From an uncultured Eubacteriales bacterium (GTDB taxonomy: Bacteria > Bacillota > Clostridia > Oscillospirales > UBA644): a stretch of 64,000 bases of DNA. Below the pieces are notes generated by a model. It searched no databases, was not told the DNA's origin, and worked only from the letters and a program-made list of their open reading frames with translations. Numbering within the stretch: the first letter of the stretch is position 1; each line of letters opens with the position of its first letter. Both the position numbers and the translations under genes were made by a program. This document shows positions 1 through 9,494 of the stretch, in pieces. The stretch covers positions 27,885 through 91,884 of the forward strand of contig CAUHAO010000002.1 of the NCBI GenBank assembly GCA_959604355.1, read 5' to 3'.

Positions 1-14
1 GGAGCGTCGTAAAG

Positions 15-884
15 ATGCTTGTTGCCGATAAATGGACAGATTTCGGCGTCATAGACGCAACCCGCGGAGAAAAGCTCGAGCGGTGGGGGAAATATACTCT
101 CGTTCGTCCCGATCCGCAGGTTATATGGAAGGATGAGCCCCGTTGTGACCTGTGGCGGAAAGCCGACGCTGTTTATGAACGCTCGTCTTCCGGCGGCGGA
201 CGCTGGTCCGTCAACAAACTCCCCGCGGATTTCACCGTCACTTACGGCGATTATACATTTAAGCTTAAGCCGATGAACTTCAAGCACACGGGACTTTTTC
301 CCGAGCAGGCCGTCAACTGGGACAGATGTTCCGATATAATAAAGGCCGCGGACAGGCCGATAACTTTATTGAATATGTTCGCATATACCGGCGCCGCGTC
401 TGTCGCTGCTGCCAAAGCGGGCGCGAAAGTTTGCCATGTCGACGCCTCCAAAGGAATGGTCGCATGGGCGAAGGAAAATGCCGCGATAAACGGCATATCG
501 GACATACGTTTCATCGTTGACGACTGCGTGAAATTCGTTGAACGTGAACTGCGTCGCGGTAAAAGTTACGACGCCGTAATCCTTGACCCTCCGTCTTACG
601 GCAGAGGCCCCGGCGGAGAGATATGGAAGCTTGAGGAAGAGCTTTACGGGCTTCTTCGGAAAACCGTGCAGCTGCTTTCGGATAAACCGCTTTTCGTACT
701 GCTTAACTCGTATACGACGGGGCTTTCCGCGTCGTGTATGCAGTATATGCTCGGCACCGCGATGGACGTGCGTTTTAAAAATGTAAAACACACCCTCCGT
801 GCCGATGAGATAGGTCTTCCCGTCAAGAGCACGGGCTACATGCTCCCGTGCGGCTCGTCCGCGTTCTGGTGTGCAAAAGAATAA
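15..884 (+). CDS. class I SAM-dependent methyltransferase (RlmI/YwbD-like)
   Basis: 289-aa ORF. Carries 'GEKLERWG..RPDPQVIW', 'FKHTGLFPEQAVNW', SAM-binding-like 'LNMFAYTGAASVAAA' and 'ILDPPSYG' motifs. The frame is open to the window edge, but this ATG fits the family N-terminus. Confidence 0.7.
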   Translation: MLVADKWTDFGVIDATRGEKLERWGKYTLVRPDPQVIWKDEPRCDLWRKADAVYERSSSGGGRWSVNKLPADFTVTYGDYTFKLKPMNFKHTGLFPEQAVNWDRCSDIIKAADRPITLLNMFAYTGAASVAAAKAGAKVCHVDASKGMVAWAKENAAINGISDIRFIVDDCVKFVERELRRGKSYDAVILDPPSYGRGPGGEIWKLEEELYGLLRKTVQLLSDKPLFVLLNSYTTGLSASCMQYMLGTAMDVRFKNVKHTLRADEIGLPVKSTGYMLPCGSSAFWCAKE

Positions 885-901
885 AATGTGAGGCTCAAAA
901 A

Positions 902-1747
902 TTGAGTATTATAAAAGCAGAAAACTTAACATTTGCTTATAACGAACGGAAAAATGTTCTTAAAAACATTTCGCTCGAGATAGAACAGGGGGATTTTGTC
1001 GCGGTGCTCGGGCATAACGGCAGCGGCAAATCCACATTCGCAAAACTGCTCAACGGAATCCTTATGCCCACTTCAGGCAACCTTGAAGTGGCGGGATACG
1101 ATTGCCTTGATGAAAATAATATCCCGCTCATACGCCGCAAGGTGGGCATGGTCTTTCAGAATCCCGATAATCAGATAATCGCTACCGTCGTCGAGGAAGA
1201 AGTTGCGTTCGTGCTCGAAAATCTCGGTGTACCGTCGGACGAGATGCGCCGCCGAGTGGACGAAGCTCTTGAAACCGTCGGTATGAGCGAATATAAGACT
1301 CATGCCACGCATCAGCTTTCGGGTGGACAGAAACAGCGCATCGCCATTGCGGGCGTTATTACGATGCGTCCCGATATAATCGTACTCGACGAGCCTACTG
1401 CTATGCTTGACCCGAAGGGCAGAGACAAAATATTAAAAATATTGCACGAGCTCAATGAGTCGGGCATAACCGTTATACTTATAACGCATTACATGGACGA
1501 GGCCGCGCAGGCAAAGCGCGTTGTCGTTCTCAACGAGGGGGAAATCCTCATCGACGGCACACCGCATTATGTATTCCAGAACGCGGGTTTGCTTACGAGC
1601 GTCGGTCTTGATGTCCCGGCGGCAACATCGCTCATGTTCCGCCTGAGGGAGCATGGATTACGCGTGCCTTTGGCTGTGCTGACTGAAGAGGAGTGTGTTG
1701 ACGTTCTCGAGGGATTGCTCGACGGCGCCGACACGGAGAGTAAATAA
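902..1747 (+). CDS. ecfA1: energy-coupling factor transporter ATPase EcfA1
   Basis: Walker A 'GHNGSGKST', signature 'LSGGQKQR', Walker B 'IIVLDEPT'. Tracked ORF starts at 848. TTG 902 preceded by GAGG gives the usual 'IIKAENLTFAY' N-terminus. Classic ecfA1-ecfA2-ecfT-truA order. Confidence 0.85.
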   Translation: MSIIKAENLTFAYNERKNVLKNISLEIEQGDFVAVLGHNGSGKSTFAKLLNGILMPTSGNLEVAGYDCLDENNIPLIRRKVGMVFQNPDNQIIATVVEEEVAFVLENLGVPSDEMRRRVDEALETVGMSEYKTHATHQLSGGQKQRIAIAGVITMRPDIIVLDEPTAMLDPKGRDKILKILHELNESGITVILITHYMDEAAQAKRVVVLNEGEILIDGTPHYVFQNAGLLTSVGLDVPAATSLMFRLREHGLRVPLAVLTEEECVDVLEGLLDGADTESK

Positions 1748-1748
1748 A

Positions 1749-2615
1749 ATGGAACCGATTTTACGCACTGAAAATCTTACACATACATACAGTATTTCCA
1801 CACCTTTTGAGAAGGTCGCCGTAAACGATGTTTCCATAGACATATTTGCCGGCGAATATATCGGAGTCATCGGTCAGACAGGTTCCGGCAAAAGTACACT
1901 CATACAGCATCTCAACGGCTTGCTTAAACCCACTTCCGGAAAAATTTTTTTCAACGGCATGGATTGCTGGGAGAAAGGCTTTGACCTGCGTCAGCTCCGT
2001 TTTAACGTAGGTCTTGTGTTTCAGTATCCTGAATACCAGTTATTTGAGGAAACAGTTGAAAAAGACATCTCGTACGGGCCAAAAAACATGGGCCTTGACG
2101 AAAATGAGATACACAGGCGCGTTCTTGATGCGATAAGGTTCGTCGGACTTGACGAGAGCGTTCTCGAAAGATCTCCTTTTGAGTTTTCGGGCGGACAGAA
2201 ACGCCGTATCGCGATCGCAGGGATAATGGCGATGAAGCCGAAAGTGCTTATTCTCGACGAGCCTACCGCGGGACTCGACCCGCGCGGCAGAGACGAGATC
2301 CTTGCACGTATCAGGGAATACCGTGAGCAGGAAAAAGCCACGGTGATGCTTGTTTCGCACAGCATGGACGACATTGCCCGCAACGCGGAGAAGGTGCTTG
2401 TGATCAACAAAGCGAAAGTTGCCATGTTCGCGCCCGTAAATGAGGTCTTTGAACATTCTCGTGAACTGCGGGACATGGGGCTCAACGTACCCCAGATAAC
2501 GCGAGTTTTCCTCGATATGAAAGCGCACGGTTATGACGTTGATCCGTCGGTGTACACCCCCGAACAGGCGTGCTCGCAGATTCTCCGGCTTATAGGGGAA
2601 AGGGGGAACGTCTGA
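1749..2615 (+). CDS. ecfA2: energy-coupling factor transporter ATPase EcfA2
   Basis: 'GQTGSGKST', 'FSGGQKRR', 'VLILDEPT'. ATG 1749 lies 1 nt after the ecfA1 stop; the tracked 1695 start is an upstream extension. Confidence 0.85.
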   Translation: MEPILRTENLTHTYSISTPFEKVAVNDVSIDIFAGEYIGVIGQTGSGKSTLIQHLNGLLKPTSGKIFFNGMDCWEKGFDLRQLRFNVGLVFQYPEYQLFEETVEKDISYGPKNMGLDENEIHRRVLDAIRFVGLDESVLERSPFEFSGGQKRRIAIAGIMAMKPKVLILDEPTAGLDPRGRDEILARIREYREQEKATVMLVSHSMDDIARNAEKVLVINKAKVAMFAPVNEVFEHSRELRDMGLNVPQITRVFLDMKAHGYDVDPSVYTPEQACSQILRLIGERGNV

Positions 2616-3433
2616 TGATAAAAGACATCACTCTCGGTCAATATTTTCCCGGCACGTCGGTCATTCACCGCCTCGACCCGCGGATGAAGATAATTCTTCT
2701 CATTGCCCAGATAGTTGCTCTTTTTCTTTCGAAAACTGCCGTAAGCTACATTTTTGTATGCGCTGTCACGCTCTTTTTTGTTGCGCTGTCGCAGATCCCC
2801 GTAAAGCTTTATCTTCGCGGGCTTAAACCGCTGCTGTTTATTGTCATATTTACGGCATTGCTGAATCTCTTCTATTCCACGGGCGAAAAAGTGCTGCTGC
2901 AGTTCTGGATCTTCCGCATAACCGCGGAGGGCGTAGTCACGGCCGTGTTTATGGTGCTGAGAATAATCTTGCTTGTTATAACGACATCAATGCTTACCTA
3001 TACCACGTCTCCGATAGTGCTTACGGGCGGGCTTGAAAGACTTCTTTCACCGCTTGCAAAGATAAAGATTCCCGTACACGAATTTTCGATGATGATGACC
3101 ATTGCTCTGCGCTTCATCCCGACTCTTCTTGAAGAGACGGACAAGATCATGAGTGCACAGAAAGCGCGAGGCGCGGACTTTGAGTCGGGAGGACTCTTGC
3201 ATCGGGCGAAATCGCTCGTTCCGATACTCATTCCGCTCTTCATTTCGTCATTCAGACGTGCGGACGAGCTTGCGGTCGCAATGGAGTGCCGTTGTTACAC
3301 AGGTTCGGGAGAAGGAAGGACAAGGCTTACCCGGTACAGCCTCAGTCTTCGTGACTATATCGCTCTCGCGACCGTTGTCGCCGTTATCGTCGGCGCCGTG
3401 TTGCTGAATAATATAACGCTTTTCGGTATATAA
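2615..3433 (+). CDS. ecfT: energy-coupling factor transporter transmembrane subunit EcfT
   Basis: Polytopic membrane protein of the CbiQ/EcfT family ('RMKIILLI', 'ALRFIPTLLEETDKIMSAQKARG'). ATG overlaps the ecfA2 TGA by 1 nt (TGATG). Confidence 0.85.
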   Translation: MIKDITLGQYFPGTSVIHRLDPRMKIILLIAQIVALFLSKTAVSYIFVCAVTLFFVALSQIPVKLYLRGLKPLLFIVIFTALLNLFYSTGEKVLLQFWIFRITAEGVVTAVFMVLRIILLVITTSMLTYTTSPIVLTGGLERLLSPLAKIKIPVHEFSMMMTIALRFIPTLLEETDKIMSAQKARGADFESGGLLHRAKSLVPILIPLFISSFRRADELAVAMECRCYTGSGEGRTRLTRYSLSLRDYIALATVVAVIVGAVLLNNITLFGI

Positions 3434-3434
3434 A

Positions 3435-4184
3435 ATGTATTCTTATCTTCTCAACTTCTGCTATGACGGGAAAAATTTCTGCGGCTATCAGGTACAGCCA
3501 AACGGTCGTACCGTCGGCGCGGAAATACTGCGTGCTCTCACGTCGCTTTTCGGCTCTGTTGAGAGTCTTGCAGGGTGCAGCCGTACCGATGCGGGCGTTC
3601 ACGCGCTGAATTATTACGCGTCTTTCAAAGCCTCAAAAGAGCTTGACCCCGATACAGTAGTGCGTGCGCTCAATGCGCTTCTTCCTGAGGATATTGCGGT
3701 GAAAAACTGTCGCTTTGCGGACGAAGATTTTCATGCCCGTTACAGCGTTGTGCGCAAAGAATACACATACCGTATTCTCACAAGCGCTGTGCGTTCTCCT
3801 TTTCGTGCGGGTTATGTTTGGTACAGGCCTCAGCCTCTTGACATCGATCTTCTTAATTCCGCGGCAAAAAATTTTATCGGCACTCACGATTTCAGCGCTT
3901 TTATGGCGGCGGGCAGCGACATAAAACAAACCGTCCGCACCGTTTATGACGCACATTTCGAGCGTGACGGCAATGAGGTCGTTTTCCGCATTTGCGCGGA
4001 CGGCTTCCTTTACAATATGATAAGAATAATAGTGGGTACGCTCATGCAGGTTCAGCAGGGTAAAATCACCCCCGGGGATATCCCCGAGATCATCGGCTCT
4101 CTCGATCGCCGCAACGCGGGACCGACAGCTCCGGCGCAGGGGCTGTATCTTACAGAGGTATATTATGATTTCAACGGAGAATAA
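3435..4184 (+). CDS. truA: tRNA pseudouridine(38-40) synthase TruA
   Basis: 249 aa; 'YDGKNFCGYQVQPNGRTV', catalytic 'GCSRTDAGVHA', 'FLYNMIRIIVG'. Conserved position after ecfT. Confidence 0.9.
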   Translation: MYSYLLNFCYDGKNFCGYQVQPNGRTVGAEILRALTSLFGSVESLAGCSRTDAGVHALNYYASFKASKELDPDTVVRALNALLPEDIAVKNCRFADEDFHARYSVVRKEYTYRILTSAVRSPFRAGYVWYRPQPLDIDLLNSAAKNFIGTHDFSAFMAAGSDIKQTVRTVYDAHFERDGNEVVFRICADGFLYNMIRIIVGTLMQVQQGKITPGDIPEIIGSLDRRNAGPTAPAQGLYLTEVYYDFNGE

Positions 4185-5349
4185 AAAACTTAAAGGTCTG
4201 CGTATCGCCAGACGTATTCTTCTTGTTGTCATCGTCCTTTATGCCATTATTTTCATAGCCGTCAATTCCGATGCACTCAGCCCTGACAACGTGAAGAGAA
4301 TGGTTTTCAACATAAAAAAATCTTTCTCCGATAAGGTAATCGATGAGGTCACGGTTGATACATCCGATACGCTTCGCGTCGAAATGTACAAGGACGGGTT
4401 TGCGACTCTTACAAAAGGCAACCTTACGGTTTACAGCGCGTCCATGCAGAAATACTCCTCTCACAGAATCGCGCTTGCGAACCCTGTTCTGAGAGTGTCG
4501 GATAACTACATACTGTGCTTTGACCGCGGCGGCAAAAATCTTTACGTCGCCGACAGTTTCAACATAATCTTTGAGCACGAATACGAGAAGGGCATCATCA
4601 ATGCGAACATAAGTGACGACGGCGTGCTCGCGGTCGCGGTAAACGGTGAAGACGGTTCTGATGGTGATACATCAACAACAGACGCTTATAAGGGCGTGCT
4701 TATTGTCTACGATAAAGAGCACCGTAAGATCTTTCGCTGGTGGTCCGCGAACGGCTATTTGACGGACGTTTTTCTTCCTTCGCGCAACACGGTCTCGGTA
4801 ATAACTCTCGAATCGGAGCTCGCCGGCACGGACACAGTCATGCGTTCGTTTAACTATAAGGTAGGGCAGGAACGTGCGTCGATCCGTGTCGACGACCGTA
4901 TGGCGCTGATATCGACGCTGAAAAACGATGGTTCTGTCGAATTGTTTACTTCTTTTGACGTGGTATCACTCCGCGGAGAAGGGTATAATGTTATAAGAGA
5001 CCTCACGTCGGAAAAATTGCTCTCCGTTTCCTGTAACGGAGAATACTCAATGACTGTGTCAGTTGTAGACGAGGCTCGGAAAATATATCTCGTCACGGCG
5101 TTTGACAGCGTCGGAAATGTCTGCTTTTCCAAAGAATTCCACTCCGTTTCAGCCATTGCGTGCGGCACGGACGGTTTTTATGTGGAAGCGGACAGGACAG
5201 TAATGAAACTTGATAAAACAGGCTCCGCTGTTGCAAGCGCCGCTCTTGAATCGTCGGTGCTGAAGCTTATGCCGAGCGACCGCATGCTGCTTGCGGTAGG
5301 TTTCAATCGGATATATAAACTGCAGCTGTCTGCTATAAACCCAGATTAG
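4165..5349 (+). CDS. uncharacterised membrane-anchored protein (N-terminal TM, beta-rich ectodomain)
   Basis: 394-aa ORF with an AGAGG RBS. Single N-terminal TM 'ILLVVIVLYAIIFIAV'. No catalytic motif recognised. Confidence 0.45.
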   Translation: MISTENKKLKGLRIARRILLVVIVLYAIIFIAVNSDALSPDNVKRMVFNIKKSFSDKVIDEVTVDTSDTLRVEMYKDGFATLTKGNLTVYSASMQKYSSHRIALANPVLRVSDNYILCFDRGGKNLYVADSFNIIFEHEYEKGIINANISDDGVLAVAVNGEDGSDGDTSTTDAYKGVLIVYDKEHRKIFRWWSANGYLTDVFLPSRNTVSVITLESELAGTDTVMRSFNYKVGQERASIRVDDRMALISTLKNDGSVELFTSFDVVSLRGEGYNVIRDLTSEKLLSVSCNGEYSMTVSVVDEARKIYLVTAFDSVGNVCFSKEFHSVSAIACGTDGFYVEADRTVMKLDKTGSAVASAALESSVLKLMPSDRMLLAVGFNRIYKLQLSAINPD

Positions 5350-5371
5350 TACAGAAAAGAGGTAACTTACC

Positions 5372-6124
5372 GTGGAAGTAGCTATAAGCACCGGACTGGA
5401 TCTGCTTATCGCAGCGATATTTATAATATCTATCATCGTCGGCATGAGAAAGGGTTTGATGAAGTCCGTGGTGGGACTTTTCGGAAATTTCGTCGCGCTT
5501 GTATTAGCTTTCGTTTTTTCCGCGAATCTCGGAACATATATTGACACGAACTATATCCACGCGCCGATGCGCCAATGGCTCGTCAACAGACTTTCTCCCA
5601 CAGCGGAGAATATTCAGGCGTCGCTGGACAACCTTGATCTGGACGCTCTTTTCACCGAACAGCCCGAATTTTTCATAAAAACGACTGAATATCTCGGTAT
5701 TAAGGACGATATAGATAATCTTTATAATAAATATCTTGAGATAAAACAAATGGGTGTTGATTCCGCTAAATCATACATTACCGACGCCATGATAACGCCT
5801 ATTTCTTCGACTATAAGCCGTATCATAGCGTTCGTGCTTATATTCCTTGCGTGCAGTATCGCAATAGCGCTGTTGTGGTGGCTGTCGGATTTTGTGGCAA
5901 ACCTGCCTGTCATCCGTAAAATGGACAAGACCGGCGGCGCGCTTGTCGGTGTCCTTAACGGTTTTCTCATTTCGTTTATAACCGTCGCGCTCATCAATAT
6001 AACATCGGGATTCCTCATGAAAGACACGAGCCTCGAGACTCGCGACGAGATAATGTCGAACACGGTCGTTTACGAATTTTTCAATGATATAAATCCTCTT
6101 AATGCATTTTTCGGTAAGTGGTAA
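5372..6124 (+). CDS. CvpA-family membrane protein
   Basis: GTG start with an AGAGG RBS. N-terminus 'LDLLIAAIFIISIIVGMRKGLMKSVVGLFG' is typical of CvpA (colicin V production) family. Confidence 0.6.
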   Translation: MEVAISTGLDLLIAAIFIISIIVGMRKGLMKSVVGLFGNFVALVLAFVFSANLGTYIDTNYIHAPMRQWLVNRLSPTAENIQASLDNLDLDALFTEQPEFFIKTTEYLGIKDDIDNLYNKYLEIKQMGVDSAKSYITDAMITPISSTISRIIAFVLIFLACSIAIALLWWLSDFVANLPVIRKMDKTGGALVGVLNGFLISFITVALINITSGFLMKDTSLETRDEIMSNTVVYEFFNDINPLNAFFGKW

Positions 6125-6160
6125 GGAAATAAAGGATCGAAAAGGGAGATTTTTTCTGTA

Positions 6161-6736
6161 ATGCTGACAATTCCTAATCTGATAAGTGTGATAAGAATAA
6201 TCCTTGTGCCCACGTTCTGTGTGCTGTACTTTACTCCGGGCGCAACTTGGTGGGCGTGCGCGGTGCTTGTTCTGTCGGGCGTTTCAGACGTTGCGGACGG
6301 ATATATCGCGCGCAAATATAATCAGGTGTCAGACTTCGGTAAGGTCCTTGACCCGATAGCAGACAAGCTTTTTCATATTTCCACGATCGGATGCATAGTC
6401 ATTAAAGGCTTTGTATCGCCGTGGCTACTTGCTATCGTCGTTGCAAAAGAACTTTTTATGATGATCGGCGGACTTGTATTTTTCAATAAGACCCACTCCG
6501 TTATCGCGTCGAAGTGGTACGGAAAGCTTGCCTCGTCTCTCTTCTTCTCATCCTTTGTTATGGCGTTCATACTCGATTTTGCGGGCGTGGCAAGTAACAC
6601 GATATTCATCATCGTTACTGTAATAATGAGCATCGCGGTGGCGGTGTCGCTGTTCGCGGTCGTGAATTATTCCATGGCGGCGATACGTATAAATAAAGAA
6701 AAGAAGTCAGAGAAGAAGACAACACAAACTGTTTGA
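6161..6736 (+). CDS. pgsA: CDP-diacylglycerol--glycerol-3-phosphate 3-phosphatidyltransferase
   Basis: CDP-alcohol phosphatidyltransferase motif 'DVADGYIARKYNQVSDFGKVLDPIADK' (DGx2ARx8Gx3Dx3D); 191 aa, multi-TM. Confidence 0.8.
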   Translation: MLTIPNLISVIRIILVPTFCVLYFTPGATWWACAVLVLSGVSDVADGYIARKYNQVSDFGKVLDPIADKLFHISTIGCIVIKGFVSPWLLAIVVAKELFMMIGGLVFFNKTHSVIASKWYGKLASSLFFSSFVMAFILDFAGVASNTIFIIVTVIMSIAVAVSLFAVVNYSMAAIRINKEKKSEKKTTQTV

Positions 6737-6758
6737 AAGAAACGGAGAAAATAGCCAG

Positions 6759-9020
6759 ATGTTATGCAGCAGATGCAAAAAAAGAATAGCAGTCGTTTTC
6801 GTGTCGAGAGTTGAAGACGGCAAACCGATAAAAGAGGGCCTTTGTATCAAATGTGCAAAGGAACTCGGTTTCAATCCCGTCAATGATCTCATGCAGGGTC
6901 TCGGTCTTGACCAAAATGCGATGGAAGAAATGAACGAACAGCTCACGGAGATGCTCGGGAATTCTGAAGATGAGGATTTTTCCGAGGGCGGCGCACCCAG
7001 CATCGACCCCGGAGATCTTGCAAAAAGCGAGGACGCGCACGATAAAGAAAATGGAAAAGGCAGACGCGAAAGGGCAGGGAAGGCCGGCGACGAGAAAAAA
7101 CTCAAATATCTCAACCAGTTCTGCCAGAACTTGACGCAGAAAGCCCGTGAAAACAAGATAGATAATATCGTCGGCAGAGAAACCGAGATGCAGCGCGTGA
7201 TGCAGATACTCAACCGCCGCACGAAGAACAACCCGTGTCTTATCGGTGAACCGGGCGTGGGTAAAACCGCCATCGCCGAAGGCGTTGCTCTGCGTATCGC
7301 GCAGGGCAAGGCACCCGCTAAGATCGCGGAGAAAGAGATATATCTGCTCGACCTTACCGCGCTCATAGCAGGCACACAGTTCCGCGGACAGTTCGAGAGC
7401 CGTGTCAAAGGGCTTATCGAGGAGGTCAAGCGCGTCGGAAATATAATACTTGTCATCGACGAAGTTCATAACCTCGTCGGTACGGGAGACTCCGAAGGCA
7501 CGATGAACGCTGCAAATATGCTGAAACCCGCGCTTTCGCGAGGCGAAATACAGGTCATCGGCGCGACGACACTCAAAGAGTACCGCAAACATATAGAGAA
7601 GGATGCGGCGCTTGAAAGACGTTTTCAGCCTGTCATCGTCGAAGAGCCTTCGATAGCCGAAACTATCGAAATGATAAAGGGTATAAAGCAGTATTACGAG
7701 AAATTCCACAATATAAAGATCCCGATGATGGTTGCGGAAAAGGCGGTAGAGATGTCGGAGCGCTATGTTACGGACAGATTTTTGCCCGACAAAGCCATAG
7801 ATCTTATCGACGAGGCGGCATCGAATGCGGTGCTGAAAAATCCCGCGTATGAGCGTCTTTTCATTGCGACAAAAGAATTTGAAAAAGCAAAACGTGATCT
7901 TATTGCGCTTGAAGCGATAGCAGAGCCGACAAACGACGATTTTATGGAGATAGCGAAAGTCCGCGCTGCGGAATGCCGCATTTCCGAGGAGATCGCGAAA
8001 CTCAATGAAGAAATCTCCGACTGCGCCGTTTCTTACGAGGATCTTGCGGCGGTCATCGAGTTGTGGACGGGTATTCCCGCGTCGAAAATACGCGAGAGTG
8101 AGAACGCGAAACTCAATAATCTTGAATCAAATCTCAAAAAATATATCGTCGGTCAGGACAAAGCTGTTTCCGCCGTCGCCACCGCCGTCAAGCGCGGCAG
8201 GGTGGGGTTCGTGCCTCGTCATCGTCCGATATCGTTCATCTTCACCGGCCCGACAGGCGTCGGTAAGACGGAACTCGTCAAAGTGCTTTCGCGCGAACTT
8301 TTCGATTCGCCCGAGACGCTTATTCGCCTTGATATGAGCGAATTTATGGAGAAACACTCCGTATCGCGCATCATCGGCGCGCCTCCCGGATATGTCGGTT
8401 ACGACGAGGCGGGACAGCTTACCGAAAAAATACGCCGTAAACCGTATTCGGTCATTCTTTTCGACGAAATCGAGAAGGCACATCCCGACGTGCTCAACGT
8501 GCTGTTGCAGGTGCTCGATGACGGCAGAATAACCGATGCACAGGGCCGCACGGTCAATTTTGAACATACGCTTATTGTCATGACGTCGAACGCCGGCTCG
8601 AACATCAAAGGCGGAGCGGCTGGTTTTACGAAATCAGAAGCTGCGATATCCGAAGAAAAGACGAAAAAGGCGCTCTCGGAATTCCTGCGTCCCGAATTCA
8701 TCAACCGCGTGGACGAAATAATCGCATTTGACCCGCTGCCGAAGACAGTCTTCGAAGACATCGTAAAGATACGACTGAGAGAACTTGAAGACGGCTTGCG
8801 TGAGCGTGATATAGCTCTTGAATACGACGCGAAAGTGCCGCAGGTCATTGCCGAAAAGAGTTACAGCGCGGAATACGGCGCAAGAAATGTCCGCCGGGTT
8901 ATCCAGAAAGACATCGAGGACAAAGCAGTCGAGCAGATGTGTGCGGCGGATATCGTTCCGACAAAGGTCATCCTTTCGGGCGATACGGAGAATCTCACGG
9001 TAAAAGTCGAATTGGCGTAA
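6759..9020 (+). CDS. Clp/Hsp100 double-AAA+ ATPase (ClpC-like) with N-terminal zinc-ribbon instead of Clp_N repeats
   Basis: Two Walker A sites ('GEPGVGKTA', 'GPTGVGKTE'), 'RGEIQVIGATT', 'DPLPK'. Candidate ClpP loop 'GGAAGF'. N-terminus 'CSRCKK..19..CIKC' is followed by an acidic low-complexity linker. Confidence 0.8.
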   Translation: MLCSRCKKRIAVVFVSRVEDGKPIKEGLCIKCAKELGFNPVNDLMQGLGLDQNAMEEMNEQLTEMLGNSEDEDFSEGGAPSIDPGDLAKSEDAHDKENGKGRRERAGKAGDEKKLKYLNQFCQNLTQKARENKIDNIVGRETEMQRVMQILNRRTKNNPCLIGEPGVGKTAIAEGVALRIAQGKAPAKIAEKEIYLLDLTALIAGTQFRGQFESRVKGLIEEVKRVGNIILVIDEVHNLVGTGDSEGTMNAANMLKPALSRGEIQVIGATTLKEYRKHIEKDAALERRFQPVIVEEPSIAETIEMIKGIKQYYEKFHNIKIPMMVAEKAVEMSERYVTDRFLPDKAIDLIDEAASNAVLKNPAYERLFIATKEFEKAKRDLIALEAIAEPTNDDFMEIAKVRAAECRISEEIAKLNEEISDCAVSYEDLAAVIELWTGIPASKIRESENAKLNNLESNLKKYIVGQDKAVSAVATAVKRGRVGFVPRHRPISFIFTGPTGVGKTELVKVLSRELFDSPETLIRLDMSEFMEKHSVSRIIGAPPGYVGYDEAGQLTEKIRRKPYSVILFDEIEKAHPDVLNVLLQVLDDGRITDAQGRTVNFEHTLIVMTSNAGSNIKGGAAGFTKSEAAISEEKTKKALSEFLRPEFINRVDEIIAFDPLPKTVFEDIVKIRLRELEDGLRERDIALEYDAKVPQVIAEKSYSAEYGARNVRRVIQKDIEDKAVEQMCAADIVPTKVILSGDTENLTVKVELA

Positions 9021-9065
9021 AAGCGGAATTTCACTTTGTGTCTGCACGCCTGAAAAATATAAATA

Positions 9066-9114
9066 AACCCACTGTGACAAGTCGCAAAACAGAAGGTGCC
9101 ACGGTGGGTTTTCT
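9066..9114 (+). terminator. possible intrinsic terminator after the Clp ATPase gene
   Basis: AACCCACTGTG / CACGGTGGGTT stem (one G-U pair), 23-nt loop, then TTTTC. The loop is long. Confidence 0.35.
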
Positions 9115-9231
9115 GAATAATTATATTGAAAAGATATACCGAATAAGCAATTTTTACCTTTCTGGGGACTATATCCCCTTAAAAACAATGATTATAACCC
9201 CCATAATAATACTATCAGGGGGTTATGACTT

Positions 9232-9438
9232 ATGATCGTTTATGACAGACTGTGGAAAACAATGGAGAAAAAAGGCGTCACGACATATTTTTTGCGTGAA
9301 AAAGCCGGCATTGACAGCAAAACCGTTCGCCGTCTCAAAGCAAATGAAAATATAGAAACAAAAACACTTGATAAGCTCTGCGAGGTATTGAATTGTAATT
9401 TGGAAGATATTTCGGAATTTATCAGGAGTGAAGCTTGA
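9232..9438 (+). CDS. small XRE/Cro-family helix-turn-helix transcriptional regulator
   Basis: 68 aa; 'LWKTMEKKGVTTYFLREKAGIDSKTVRRLKANENIETKTLDKLCEVLNCNLEDI' matches the short HTH_26-type regulators. Confidence 0.7.
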   Translation: MIVYDRLWKTMEKKGVTTYFLREKAGIDSKTVRRLKANENIETKTLDKLCEVLNCNLEDISEFIRSEA

Positions 9439-9443
9439 CTGAA

Positions 9444-9473
9444 TAAAAAAGTCGCCGGATCTCTCCGGCGACT
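9444..9473 (-). terminator. intrinsic terminator of gap (hairpin shared with the convergent HTH gene)
   Basis: Perfect 10-bp stem AGTCGCCGGA/TCCGGCGACT. On the minus strand it is followed by TTTTTT. Confidence 0.7.
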
Positions 9474-9494
9474 ATAATAAAATTCGTGTGAAAC

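Noticed and set aside
6762-7709. 315-aa ORF antisense to the Clp ATPase gene. The 249-aa ORF at 6707..7456 is similar.
   Set aside because: It lies entirely inside a confidently identified gene on the other strand. Its composition is low-complexity and Arg/Phe-rich, typical of antisense frames, with no motif and no RBS.
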